Positions 11,983 to 26,600 of a stretch of DNA of 64,000 nt are shown piece by piece. The notes under the pieces are model-generated. The model was given only the letters and a program-made list of their open reading frames with translations. It was not told the origin of the DNA and did no database searches. The stretch lies in contig JAQGDQ010002377.1 in assembly GCA_030141605.1 (NCBI GenBank), positions 310,001 through 374,000 of the forward strand, read 5' to 3'. Every line of letters begins with the position of its first letter. The stretch's first letter is position 1. The translations under genes were made by a program, and so were the position numbers. This stretch comes from Tubiluchus corallicola (lineage: Eukaryota > Animalia > Priapulida).

Positions 11983-12872
11983 ATTTAAATTCTGTTTCTT
12001 CTGTGCAGATATTGTCTACAAAATATTTGTGTTTATTAATGTCATTTGTGGTGTGTTCCGCTGTTGTGTCTGCATTAGCTATGACTGTTATTAGTATGTT
12101 TATGCATCTAACTTTTTTGGAAAGTCATGCAAAACTGATAATAACAGTCAGGATATAAATGGGTGAAATTTGTTGATTCACATTTTGTTTGTGCCATTTT
12201 TTTGGTTTCTAAGTGTTAAATGCATAAGCAATGCACTGAGCCTGTTCATTTGACTAATCGGCATCTTCATGGACTAATAATCCATCGACATGGTCCTTAA
12301 GCATCCTTTTGCCTCAAGCATATTGATCTAATATGGACGAACTTTGATGACATCAAGCTGGACTTGATTTTTGTCAGTCTCTTTGAACTGAATGAGCAAA
12401 GCACAGGATAATCAATGCGACAAATGCTGATGTTATGTGGTGCTACTGGTGATAACACTGTCAACTTAGCCCAGGTACGGTGTTGATAAACTGACATTAG
12501 CTAGGTACGTTTCCTGGTAAGTGTTTCACTTTCAAAAACACTAAGGTCTTTCTGTGAGATGAGGACCGAGCCTTGCCATTAGTAAACATTTTGGTATTTT
12601 ATGCTTCTTTGATTACACAATATTAGTTATTCACATTTATTGCTGTTGAGGTTTATAACTTTTTCAACAATCGACCTCTACATTTATGCAGAGAAAGTTT
12701 GTGCACTTCCTGCAAAATTAGAGGATACTTTTCTGACGACCCACTTTAGACACACCAAAGGCAAGGTAAAGACCTCAAATTTTGTGGCGGTCCTGACGTT
12801 TTTGTTGCACACATTATATTTCTATTGTGAACAAAAAATTAGTAGACTCCTGTGTAGAATTAATACAAATTA

Positions 12873-13683
12873 CAGTAGGCGCTGCTTAATAGACTCATTT
12901 TGGGATCGAAGTGTTTTGACCCAATTAACCGACTGAACTTATTAACTGATGGGTGTAGTATTACTGGTATAAGATATGAGTCACCAGCTTACTATGCACT
13001 GCAAAATGTTTTTAATGAATTTTAGAAACGAAGTAACGCCTAAATTCCTTTGTACAGTTAAAAATTAGAAAATCACACAAGTCTACTTATTTGCAAAAAT
13101 TCCTTCAAAGTCGGCTGCTTCATTTTATCATGAAGAAGTTGGCTCACAAAGTTCTCAAAATGATAAAAATGTGCCTGTGATTCCCCCAACTTTGTCTGTA
13201 GCTTGCCATACTTGTGATGTACTTACTGTACTGTACCTGGGTTCCTCGCATAACAGCAACATCTAACTGTGTTAAACCTTCTGGCAAAGACAGCCAGAGG
13301 TTCAAAAGCAAACTGCTAAACAAGTGATTAAATGTTTAGCTTCCAGGAATTCTTGGGAAACGAGGTTAATTGCAGTGGACCAGCGGGTCAAAGCAAACCA
13401 TTAGGGTATGCTAAACGTTTCTGCTTACAAGCAAAACGGTACTTAACATGATTGTTTCTATGTATATTATAGGACAAAAGCAAACTAAGATGATATAAAA
13501 GTCATAAAAGCTTATTAATCACACAAGTGTCTTATTGAAGCTTGTGAAGGAAAAACAGGATCGATTATGCGGAGTTATTTGAGTCAATTACCGATAGTTC
13601 TTATGTATAATTGAATACAAGCGGCCCGTACCAGGTGTTTTTGAGTCAATTAAGCCATTGAGTCTATTAAGCGGCGCCTACTG
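12873..13683. mobile_element. Tc1/mariner-superfamily (pogo/Tigger-like) non-autonomous element
   Basis: Terminal inverted repeats CAGTAGGCGCYGCTTAATAGACTCA at both ends with TA target-site duplication. The right ~350 bp matches 26190-26587. Confidence 0.85.
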
Positions 13684-14625
13684 TATTATCAGTATTGCAA
13701 AATGTGGGAAATGGATATTGTTTAATATTATCTATCATTGCGGAGCTTTTTACTAAATTTCATCTTTCTCAAAATATGTGCAAGAAAAAGAACAGTAATA
13801 ATGTTGAAACCATGTGAATTCATAGTAGTGTGCGATATAAATATTTGGTATAATAATGTAATATTGATCTATATTTTAACAATTGCTTTTGTTGTGTGTT
13901 AGCTATTTAAGTTGATATTTAAGCATACAACATTAATATTATTCCATAACATATATATGAAACTCATTTTTGTGTTTCTTGTATAACAATTTTTGTTGAG
14001 TAACTTAGGTTGAATAATTATTGCACAAATTTGACAATTGTACATACAGTATCACTAACACTTGTATGTTAAAAATAATTTATTAATTCATTGTGAAGTT
14101 ACAATAAATAACAATGAAATATTTACAGTTGTAGCAGTTAATGGTCTATTACTTTGACTTTAGCTGATTTTTGTTCAACTGCCAGATCACTATTTTCTCT
14201 TAGGAATACTTTGTTAAAAAAATGACGAAAAGTACCCAGAATTCTCACAGACGTCTCTGGTAAGGTCGGAGGATCGAGCATTTCTTGGAAAGAACTATCC
14301 CTCAAGGCTTCACGATTAGCTTAAAGATCATAAAACAAATTGAATGTCACTAGTTTTGCAGTAGAATGGAAGAGAATGTAGGAATATTTTGTGAAAAGAA
14401 CAAGACATCCTAGAAAGCCTAACTTCCTGCAAACGACACGAACATTAGGTTCTGCTGACACACACACCAGTACACCTACTCTATTGTGGCTTAAAAGCAG
14501 ACATCACTCATATCATTTGAAATGGGTGTGACTCATAAAACAGGTGAATTGTGATTAAGCATTGTGCATCTTTGGTATGTAATCAATTCACTAGATCATA
14601 AGTTGAACCCTGTAAACCATATCAC

Positions 14626-17600
14626 TCATTCCAATGCGAATATACTTTGTCTCGCTGTCATCATTCGTTGTCGTGCCCGTGAAAATTTTTCTGCAACAAA
14701 CGTTTAGAAAAACGATTTTAAATTTAGATTAAACATCTGTCTAACCCATTAATTCGACAGTCAATTTGAGTCATACCATAAAATATTTGGCCTACAATAC
14801 TGACAAGAACAATACTTATTTACAATCAGCAGTACGATAAACAAATTACCCAGTACAGTACAGTACAATATAGCAAACAAATTGCTCAATTACACATGTC
14901 CTGTTGGGCCAATAATTGCCCAGTAAGTTGTTTCCAAATATGTAAGAGGAACATCAAACTTCTGTTGCCCGTCATATACATAACTAAAAATAAAATTTGC
15001 TTTAATAATTCTGATACTTACGGAGTGCAGTGATAATTCCTTCTTGCACCATACTGACCCTAAAACAGGATGAAAAATTTTGTATGAAAATTTCTTAATA
15101 AAGATGAATGAAAATTGAAAACCCTAACCAATGTAAACTTGTCTGACTATTTTGTAATTTGTCTGTGCCAAAATTTAACACATCTTGTTATAACGCCAAA
15201 CTCGCTATAATGCCAACTTTTTCTGGGTTCCAAAATCGACGGTATTGACTAGGTCATTTTTGAAAAAAATATGTTTCCTTTTAATATTTTATATGCTAGA
15301 TCATTTTGAGCTGTGGTTCGACATTGGCTCCAGCTTTCTTTTAAAGTTATGACATACAGATGAGAAAACTAATAATACAGATTTGCCAAGTGACAAACAG
15401 GCAGACATGATATGCTGTTTTAACCACAAATTTTAGTAAAAAGACCTACCCCAACTTATCCACCAATGATGCAAATGTTCGTTTTCGAGATTTTGAATCA
15501 AGAAAGGCACGAGATTGTTGGATGATGTTCAGCTTAATCTTCACGTTTCCTGTAGATTCAGTTTTGAATCCAAATTTACTAAGTCGATTGCCCTAAAACA
15601 AAATGCTGTTATTTGTTTTTTTTTGAATAGCATAATGACAAATTCACATTATTATGCTACACAGAACCCCACATAAGAGGGAGAGGCGATGACTAAATTG
15701 ACGATTAGAATAAAACTTTCCAGAGGCCATTCTGGTTGTTATGGTGTACCAGATTAAGGGTTACACTGCAGAATGTGGGAGTGCATAAATAACAGACTGA
15801 CAAACAGATCGATTTTCATCTTACACACGCAACCACCCATCCACCCACCCATGCATGCACACACACACACACACATAATATACATTTAATAAAATTCAGG
15901 GAAACTACCTGAAACTCAGGGAACTACTTATGAATAGTCATTAGCAAAAATGTATATTAGTTTCTTTTTAACTCTAATCCAACTTTACAATTAAGCTTTT
16001 ATGTAATATTAATTAGGATATTTGTTTTTTATATTGATTATTTTATAGTTTTTACTTCTAATTTTCGTTTGTAAACCGTGCAAAGAAAACCTCATGTGGA
16101 CTGCACATGTAATGTATATATATATATATATATATATTAATTTTTAATATAATATAGAAAGTAAATCAAATCGATATGTCTCGATAATATTTGCATTTTG
16201 CATTTCGACCTAATCGTTATTCTTAATTTGCAATCAGATCATGAGCTAAGCATTTCTAAGATTTCCAGTTACGAAACTAGATGAGATATGACAAACCTCA
16301 AAAGTGGATGGCACAGCAATGTAAGTCGGATCCTCTAACTCGGGTGATCCACCAATAAAAAACCTTCGAAGCTCGTCATTTATTGATCGCCCTACTGGCC
16401 TCCATGTATTAATCACTCTAATATTGCATCCTAAAGATAAGAAAGAGATATTTGGGTCACAATGTATTTCAAGGATACATTTTGTATTATGCGTGACACG
16501 ATTCATTGATATTTATTAGTCGAAAATTTCATAATTGCTTAAGTGCTTAAAAGCGTAAGGATTATTATGCTTTCAAGTTTTAGCTTTGGAGGTGAGAATT
16601 AGAATGTTAGCAACAGCAAATCGCTAAAAAGGTATAACTAATTGCTATCAATTTAGCAAGCCATCGAATGGTTTATTTCCGAATTTAAAGCAGTTTAGCA
16701 CATAGTAACCTTTTACGTGACATTATACATGCCATAATAATTAATTGCAGCGTGAAAATTGCAATAGAATACACTGCGGCAGATAGTCGTAACACTTAAA
16801 GGAAAACAGGATGATTTTTCATATCCTACCTCATTTTGAAGTACGTAAAAAGTGCTACTGTACGAGACTCAGTGTGATGTATTAAACTATGCAAGTTTTA
16901 AGATAAAAATTCAAATATCAAATTTATGCTCACCACGAGCTCTCAAACATGTGCACTACATCACAAACGAACACACCCGAACTAAGAGATACAGCACCAG
17001 TTATTTTATGCAACGCGTTTCCGAAATGCAGGTGCTAGTGCTGATCTAACCAACAAATGGCAAGCTGCATGTAAACAGCAAAGAACTTGCTGCACAAGCA
17101 AAATTGCATTTCATTGGTAATTATTCTTTCATGAAAGTCATTCTTGAAAAAATAGTGTGTTTCTTTTCAATATTTTAAACAGTAGATTGTTTTCAGCTAC
17201 AGTTTAAGATCGAATACAGTTTTCCTTTAAGGCAGCTCTCATACAGTCTATTATTAGTACTAAAATTCATGTTTGAGCTTGGGCAATTATAGTCTAAGCC
17301 TCATAGCCTCAATAGTTTGAGAGAGATAAAAATGATTTTTTTTTGTTGGTCCAATAGACCTCAAGCCATTTAAGTGAAGGACACACCTGGTGAATGATGG
17401 ACACAGGCGCCAAAAGTAGATTTTACCGATAATGCTTTACCAGGCTTCACTAACCTGGTTCAGTGGGGAGTGATATGTATCCATAGCCTTCCGTTCGATA
17501 TCGATGCCACATATCGAGAGACAAAACTTCAAGAAAAAGCTGAGGCCAGCCATGAATTGAACTGTCTGCACTATCACCTTCTGCAAGGTCATTCTTGTAG

Positions 17601-20600
17601 AACAGCTCGCATTCAAATGGAAATCCAAAGTGTGACACATTGGAAGTTCCAACAGTTGTAGTAGAGCAAGTTTGTGTCACCCACGACTGCTGACAAGATG
17701 CGTCAATTCGCCACACTAATAACAAAACCATAACTTGCATTACACTAGTTGCTGCTTAATAAAACTGCGAATAATAAAACCAGCCACATTTCAGAAGTGT
17801 TTAGCCATGTTCCGGCATTACACCCACAAGTTGTTGCCGAGAAACTATTGTTGAGAAAATTCAGTTAATAAAAAAGTGCACAATTTAATAAGATCACATT
17901 TTCAGTAACAGACAACAAAAGGAATAGCAAAATGAAAAATAAAATGTATTTTTTGGTATTTTGACTATTTTTATTAAGCCACACAACTACTTAGTCAAAG
18001 TCACATTGCAAGTTAAAAGTCAATTGTTTCGTCATAATCACTCTGTAGACTGAAGTACATTTTAGTCGAGAAACTATTGTTGAGAAAATTCAGTTAATAA
18101 AAAAGTGCACAATTTAATAAGATCACATTTTCAGTAACAGACAACAAAAGGAATAGCAAAATGAAAAATAAAATGTATTTTTTGGTATTTTGACTATTTT
18201 TATTAAGCCACACAACTACTTAGTCAAAGTCACATTGCAAGTTAAAAGTCAATTGTTTCGTCATAATCACTCTGTAGACTGAAGTACATTTTAGTCTGTT
18301 GAATGAACTTAAATCACTGTTTTATGCTTGAATCATTCTGCTGGTATCCAAGTGAGCTGACTACCCCATGTTTAGTTGTCATGTAGTATAAATTACGTTG
18401 AAGTGTTTACGTATTGTACTTAGCACCACATCATAAAACCACCATTTATTACGACCACATATTGCTGGTTCCGTGGTGGTTTTATTAAGTGGCGGCTACT
18501 GTATTCAATAATGTACCTCAATTGTGTGGACAATCATGTTTGCAAGATATTATTAGATTCATAGCAAACAGGACTTTTGTGGCATTAGAATTTTTTTAAG
18601 TGAATTAATCACGAAACATGAATCTTTATACATACTTTGTGGCAGTTCCAGAAAGCAATGAATGTACAGGTTATCATATTCATAGTCTTGAGCTGAAATA
18701 ATCTCTCCATAGCACAGCAACCGCAGCACTTTTGGTGGAGGCTATAATTTTAACAAAATTGTTACCTATTGAATTAACATTTTGCAAATATATGTATGCA
18801 AAACTGTGCTGTACACATTTAAAGAGAAAAGAGTTTTCAATAGTTTCGAATTGCTAACAGCTCAGCTATTGCAGAGGTCAGATTGGCAGAATTGCAAAAA
18901 GTCTCAAAGGTAATCTGATATAAGCCCTTTATCTTCGTGATAGACTTCCTCATTTCCAAAAAAAGAAACAAAATATTGTGTGATTATGATCAAAATACAA
19001 CAGTTGCCGCTTAATAAAACCAGCTGCATTTTACAACCATTTAGCCCTATTTGGAATTACTCTCACAGAAACCATTGTTAAGAAAATATGGTTAATAAAA
19101 CCAGTGTGCCATTTAAGAAGACTATACATTTTTCAGTAATAAGCAGCAAAAGCAATAGCAAAATGAAAAAATAAATGCATTTTTGGTAGTTTGCTTATTT
19201 TTTAAGATATGTAGTAGATTCAACCCTTTTTAGTCAAAATCACACTGAAAGTTAAAGTCGATTGTTTCATCATAACTGGTCTGCAAGTACAGCCAGTAAA
19301 ATACATTTTAATTTGTTGAATAAACTTGAATCACTGTTGTACATTTGAGTCTTTCTGTAGGCATGCGAATGAGCTGTCTGCTTTCAGAAGCTAACCAAAC
19401 TAAGTATCCACACTCATTTTCTTAAATCATGGTAAATTAATTACTAAATTTCTATCTTGGGAAATTGAACTGGGACCACCAGCACTTGAAAAAAAGAGGA
19501 GCTGACTGAAAAATATAGCACATGATTTGTGACGAACAGCCGATAACCAATAAAGTTCTGAACTGCCCCCTGGAAACTGCAAAATATCCCAAAATTTTGA
19601 TCTGCGGCTCTGAAACAAGATTGCTGTTGTGTGGGCTTAGCTTGTCATTCCATCAGCGCATGTAATTTAAATCAAATATGGTGATTAAAGTTTCATTTAA
19701 TAATATGTTTGCAGACGTTTACTCTAACTATAACCTACATTATACGCAATCAAAATTAAAAATACATTCAGTTGTCTACACTATACATGACCAAAATGAG
19801 AAATACATTTAGTTACTTTTACAGTATAATTTACTAATAAAGAAATATAAAATGATTTCTACTTTGTATGAAAATCACGGAAATACAGAACGTACCATTT
19901 CAAACTGAGATCCGACACATGCTTGAAGGAAATCAGTGTGCCGATCATAAAGCTCTTGATACATTTTATTTTCTTTGTCTTGCTCCTGGTGGCTAATTAA
20001 CTGAGACACATTCTCCAGTGAATATTCAAACACATCTAAAATATGGAACGGACCAATTAAGAAAAGAGTTGTGATTTTTTTGCTTTTTACTGCAATGACG
20101 CACAGAAATTTAACCAGTCTTAGTCTAGCTTTCCATCAGGTAGTCAGGTACCCGAGTAATTACCCGCATTGTTTATTACCCGAGCCTAATATTTCTAGCC
20201 AGTTTCAACAATGAAAATGCGACATTTTTTGTAGTACGATATCCATACTACAGTTTTTTTAAACTAACATTTACGTAATATTAATTCTAGTATTTTTGTG
20301 ACAATGCTCAAGTAAAAAGATCATTTTTAAAAAAGATCATGAATAAAGAAGAAACCCCAATTAAAAAATATTAAAAAATTAAAAAATAATTAATAATGCA
20401 TTATTTGTCCTAAAGGAAAATACTGTGAGAGGATACCTTTTCCCAGTGTCTCTGTTTCCACTACATAGGGTTTTTCACCATGACTCAAATCTGGTGATAT
20501 GGAGATCACCCCTCGAGTATCAACTTTAATGGTGCACACGAGATATTCATCTGATAAATATTTCTCTTCCCTATGGAAATGAAAAGTTAGTGTTAATTAA

Positions 20601-23600
20601 TTAATGTTTTTTTGCAAAAAAGTAAAGAAATTAAACAAAATGTAAAAAGGTAAAAAACAGCAAAATATCCGTACACTACTGCACATACAAAAAATTACGA
20701 CAGATTTCATAAAAAGAAAATAACTTTTATTAAGAACTTATAAAATGTAAAAAAAAAACATGTTACAAACGTTTTTCCAGTGATAGATTACACAAACAAA
20801 CAACCAGCTTTATAGGCAGACACTACAGTAGAGAAATTATTCACTAACTATGTATTTACAAGGAAGCCAAAATGTAATGAACAGAGAAACCTGTAAAGAA
20901 GAAAGAGAAGCTGTAAAAGTATAGCTAGGTGTTTGTAAACAAAGTTAAGGGAATTGAACTACTTTGTACATTTACTGTGTCTCTTTCTTTTCTAAATGTG
21001 ACGTTTTTTAACATTTTATCAGCTTTTAAGTTGTTTTCTCTTTATGGTACTGTGAGTGCCCATATAAAGACAAATTCCATTTTTATCATTGACTCTACCA
21101 TCAGCATGTACAGGTAAGAAAATTCTTGTAAGGTTACCTATTCGAAGGAGACAGATCGGCCATGATATACATTGTTTGCCCTGGCGTTGAAACAATGTGT
21201 TCTCTTTTTGCCATATCTTTGGAAGGCCGCTGATTCACGATATTCATTTTAGGCAAAACATCATCCCTGCAAATATACCGGAGCAAATGTTTTCTAATTC
21301 AATGTCCAAAAATTGCCCAATTTGACTAACCAATTTATTTTTAATTGTAAAACCATAAACTTATTTATTACAAATTCGCTGTTTTAGTTGAATGTAGTAC
21401 AGCACAAGTCACTAAGGTGAAGGAGAAGATTGAAGCTACCATACAGGAATTACTTATGAACAGGTCAGAATACATGTCTTCAATGAAACATCATTACATT
21501 TGAATAAGTTAATGTTTTTCTTAGATACAGGCCAATCAGATCAACAGTCAAACAGTATTGGTCATCAGTAATTAACAATCAATAAGAAACTAACTAAACG
21601 AATACAAAACAATTAATGAAACAATAAGCATTTCATTTCACACAGTGTACTTCAATTACGACTTAAAATCATTAATCAGTACAGTAAACATAGTAAATAA
21701 TTTGTGCATAAATTGTAATAAAACTTCAGTTTGCGACAATATCTGCTATGATCAATCTAAAAAATAAATCATGTTTGCAGTAAATTGGTGTTTGCTTGAC
21801 ATTGATGAACATCAACAAAAATTGGTTTGCTGTTTCAAATTCTGATAAACCATCATCACATTTTTACGTGGGGCTTTCATAAGCTCTGCATTGCCTAAAA
21901 TTCATTGCTTATTTAGCAAATAATAATGAAGAAACAGATAATTTTTTACTCTCATACTCATCAGTTTGGTGCCGAATAGGCTTCACACGTCTGTGCCGCA
22001 AGTTGCGCATTCGTTCTGCCACAAAAGTTTGTCGTTCATAAGGCGATGTCGTCATTCGCTCGCACTGCTGAAATTAAATAACGAAGGTGTTTACTGGTAA
22101 AATAACAACAATCAAGCACTTAGTTTTGGTAACTTACCAAAAGTTTAAATGCTCACAAAAGTCTGATTCTTCTTTACATTCCAAGTTAGCAATTGGTCCA
22201 AACACTGATTTTTGCAGGAATTTGTTGGAAAACTGATAAATAATGTGAATAGGCCTATAGCGATCCATCAATGTATGAATGCATTGGGATATTTTATATT
22301 ATGATATGCGTATCGCCAAAACTTCACCTGTACTGTGATAATCTGAGTCAATGACATTTAGTAAACTGGTACCCCTTGACAGTAAGCTGATAAAAACGAT
22401 GTAAAGTAATTCAAGTTGTAGCTGTAAAGTGTACTCTAGGTACGTAACAATCAGTGCAGTGAGCGGTGGATGACTTAACACAGGCACAAAAGCGTTTGAA
22501 AACACAAGGTGTTTAATCTGCAATAGGCTAATTGCGTTGTTTACATATAAACTTGTGAAACAGCAAACGTGAACCAGAAAATACACAAGCAACTTTTAAA
22601 CCAAAGGTATTGATATGCTTTGCTTTTATGGTGGCTTACAATGCAAACAATAGCCTGCAAATTATACAAGTAACAAAAGTTCGTTTAGCATTTATCAATC
22701 ATAAAACTCTTGACTAGAACAAAATATCTTTAGCATTTATTATCAATTAGTTTCACCTAGTTTTTTTATAAAACCTGCAAACCTTAGCTCAGGTGTATCG
22801 TATCGTGAGGCTAATATTGTGATATGTATCGTTATCATGACCTAGGTGTATCATTACAGCACTAGTACTGAAGTAAGTATACTACTGCTTAGATTATTCT
22901 CAGATCACTAGTACTGGTAACCCAAAAGTCTCTGTTTCAAATCCAAAGTCAGTCTTGACTTGTACTTCCCTGTTCTGCTTTTTTAGAGACCGTATTTTCC
23001 TTGGCATATATCAGAATCAACATCAAAAGTTGTTTACCGATTCCAAATGAGGTACAGTATCACAGTCAACGTAGCTGAAGAGTCTCGTTGTTGGCCGAGT
23101 TCTAAAAACAAAAACTGCTAAGAAACTGATTGAAGATCAAAATGAGACCAAAAAGTGGTCTTAATAAACGGTAGTTTTATTATGTAGTGGGCTGCTGCAA
23201 GCGTGTGTATCTAGCAAACTAAAGTACGTAAGCGCTTCACCCAAATTTAATACTATACGACAATTAAACAAGAGGCAATGCTGAGCAGTTACAAAACAAT
23301 CAAGTTTAACTTTCAGAGTGACTTTGACTAAGAAGAGCTTCACCTAGAAACAGAATTTCAATTTCAACTGTGTGTCTTAAAAAATAGGCAAAGTACCAAA
23401 AAAACATTTTATTTTTTCATTTTGGCATTGTTCCTGGTGCCTATTACTGAAGAATGTAGTCTAAGAAGAATGTGGTGCACTGGTTTTATTAACCGTATTT
23501 TCTTAACAACAGTTTCTATGGGGGGACCATGCCTGAATGTTTCCAAAATGCAGCTGGTTTAATTAAGCGGTGACTACTGTATCACAAATGGCACAGAAAG

Positions 23601-26600
23601 TGAGGCTAACTGTGTTATATATAGTCCAACTTCCAACATTCGTGAAATAATAATTTCCACTAACCTCATCCCCTTTATTTCATTGTGATATTTTTGTTCC
23701 AACACTGAACTACACAAGCCTTCGTTGCTGTATATCTCGAACTCTCTCTGTAAGAAAACTTGTAATTAAGTATAAATGAATTTTGTGTAATTCATGGCCC
23801 CCTCTCTGTAAAAAGCCTAAACTAGAGTTGCTGTACAATACAACATAAAATACACTAGAATCTTGTCAACAGCATCTCACAACGTTTGCGATTCTCAAAA
23901 GCATTACTGAAGTTCGGTGATTTTGTACAATAGAAACAATACATTGGAAAACTTGAAAGACTAAAAAATTCACCTTTTTTTACTTGGTTATCAAATCAAA
24001 AAATATGTTTGCATTTATTCAAGAATGTTCAATGAACATGGATTTTTGCATATTTTACGCATAGTCTTATCAGTAATGATTGAAGATAATTTGATTAACA
24101 TTAGCCAGCATCATAAGTTTGTTTAGATACACAAAGTAATGAACACATAAGCACACTAGAATAGTGTCCAACACTTGATCTAATTAGTGAAATTCCAGAT
24201 GTATCCAACTGAAATGAAAATACCATGGAAATTTAATAAAATATATGCAGTTTATAGCCTGCACTTAACAGAATTTCTTCATTTAACACACAAGTGCACC
24301 AAATATATAAAAATGGTGAAAAGTGTTACCTGACTAAAAACTTTTTCTTGCCAACCAAATATGAATTCATCTTCATCGTAGGATGATGCACTTCTAGTGT
24401 TTTTGAAATCAGTGAGTTCTACATCTTTAGCAAATGATTTGCCAGTGTCACCACCGCCTCGCCTTCCAAAAAGTGACTGTGGTAACCCAGTTGCTGAGGT
24501 AACTTTCCGAAGTTTTACTCTGTAATTATATATTTAAAGTAGCTGACAATTTTAATATAAATTGACAGCTAATAGACAAGTACAATGCATCTTAGACCTA
24601 AGCGGTATTTTCCTCATCATTACGTGAAAAGTTTTAATTAACCTTATTATTTATGCTGGACTTCAAAAATATCCTCATGTGGGAGCTTCAGAGTACTCCC
24701 CTTGGCAGACTAATTGAACATCTGACGTGTGTTACTCCACAAATCACTGCGCAGCTCTTGTTGATGTGATGTTTCAATGTGACACTTTAATTACTTTAAT
24801 CAAGGTTTTGGTTGACCCCATCTGTTTTTACTTATCTTTAGAATAACCTTTTTTAGTTTATTATTATCAAAATTTCTAAACTATCCATATGAATGTAAAC
24901 TTTAAATACATTTTATCTCTAAATATATTTTATATACAAACTAATAAATGCTAAATGAATTAATAAAACTGAATACGATAGAATACAATCATTTTATTTC
25001 GCACAGTACTGGTATTACATAAAGATGCAACAAAAGAATACCAAACGCGAGGGCAACAAACAACCATACATTAATGTACATGTTGCCCTATTCTAATATT
25101 ATACTTTATAATATACTGTAGTTGTACAGTCTGCAGAAATTAATTTCTGTAATATAGTATAAAAATTAAATGAAGTAGTGCAGAAATCGTAAAAAAATGT
25201 TTAAAACTTAGAATTGAGAATACCTGTACAAAAACCTACTAAAACGAATAGTAGTAAGCTATAAACGCGTATATAAACTTACCGTTTACCTAAAATCCAT
25301 ATGCTCACACATGTACATGCATATGTATATAAATTTACAGATTATATGTATATATGAACAAAAAAATTATGGAATTATGAAATATGAACAAGAAAAAAAG
25401 ATGACGGAATTAAGTCATTTCTGGAAACAGGACAAAAAAAGCACAGCTTGATTAGATTATAAATAGAGAATCTCATGACATGATTGAAGTGTTTTTACTT
25501 TTTTAATCATGCAATGGCATAAAACCATAAGTATGCTTATGCTATATTTTATACACACACACACGCACGCACGCATGCACGCACGCACACACACACACAC
25601 ACACATATACATTCATATACATATACACACATACATATAATATATACATGTGTGTTTGTGTTCTGTATATGTGTATATGCATATACATACTATACATATG
25701 CATATACACATATACAGAATACAAACACATACATACATATAAACATGTATGTACGCATACATATATACTGATCATATATATATATACATATATATATATG
25801 ATTTAAATACTAAACAAAGACGTGCATGGATTGGCGTGCTTGAGCTGCAGTTGGTGGTGCCCTTGTTTCCTGTGCATCGCCTCTTAGATGCTAGACTCTC
25901 ATTTTGGCTTGCTGACTGCTCCATTTCAGATTGTTTTTTCAATATTCTGCCGAGAGTACTTTGGGAAATTTTCAACTGCGCTGCTGCACACCTCTGCACC
26001 ATCTTTGGAAGTTTATCGTACTGCTCTAAAATTTTCAGTTTCTCCTTAACTGTTAGATCTTATGCTCCATTTTTCAAACTTCTTAACTCTATGCCCTTAT
26101 TTACTGTATGATGTTTACTCTTGTAAGTCACAAGGAATACTGGCTGATTTGCAACTAGAGCATCAAAATGAAACCGCTAGGCAAGGGATTAAATGTTCAG
26201 CTTCCAGAAATTCTTTGGGTTAACGAGGTTAATTGCAGTGGGCGAGAGGGTAACACATTCAAAGCAAAACTGCTACGCTAGCATGTTAGCGCATGATAAA
26301 CGTACCTGTTTACAAACAAAACGGTACTTAACATAATTGTTTCTACATATATAATGCATAAAAGGGAAGTAAAGGTGACATAAAAGTAGAAAAGGTTCTT
26401 TGGGCACATACAAATGTCTTATTTTAAGTACATGAAGAAAAATATTGAGCCAATTAAGCGGAGTTATTTGAGTCAACTACCGATAGTTTTTATGTACATT
26501 TGAATAGAAGCGGCCCGTTCCAGGCATTTATGAGTCAATTAAGCGATTGAGTCTATTAACCGTGAGTCTATTAAGCGGCGACTACTGTAGTTATATGTCG

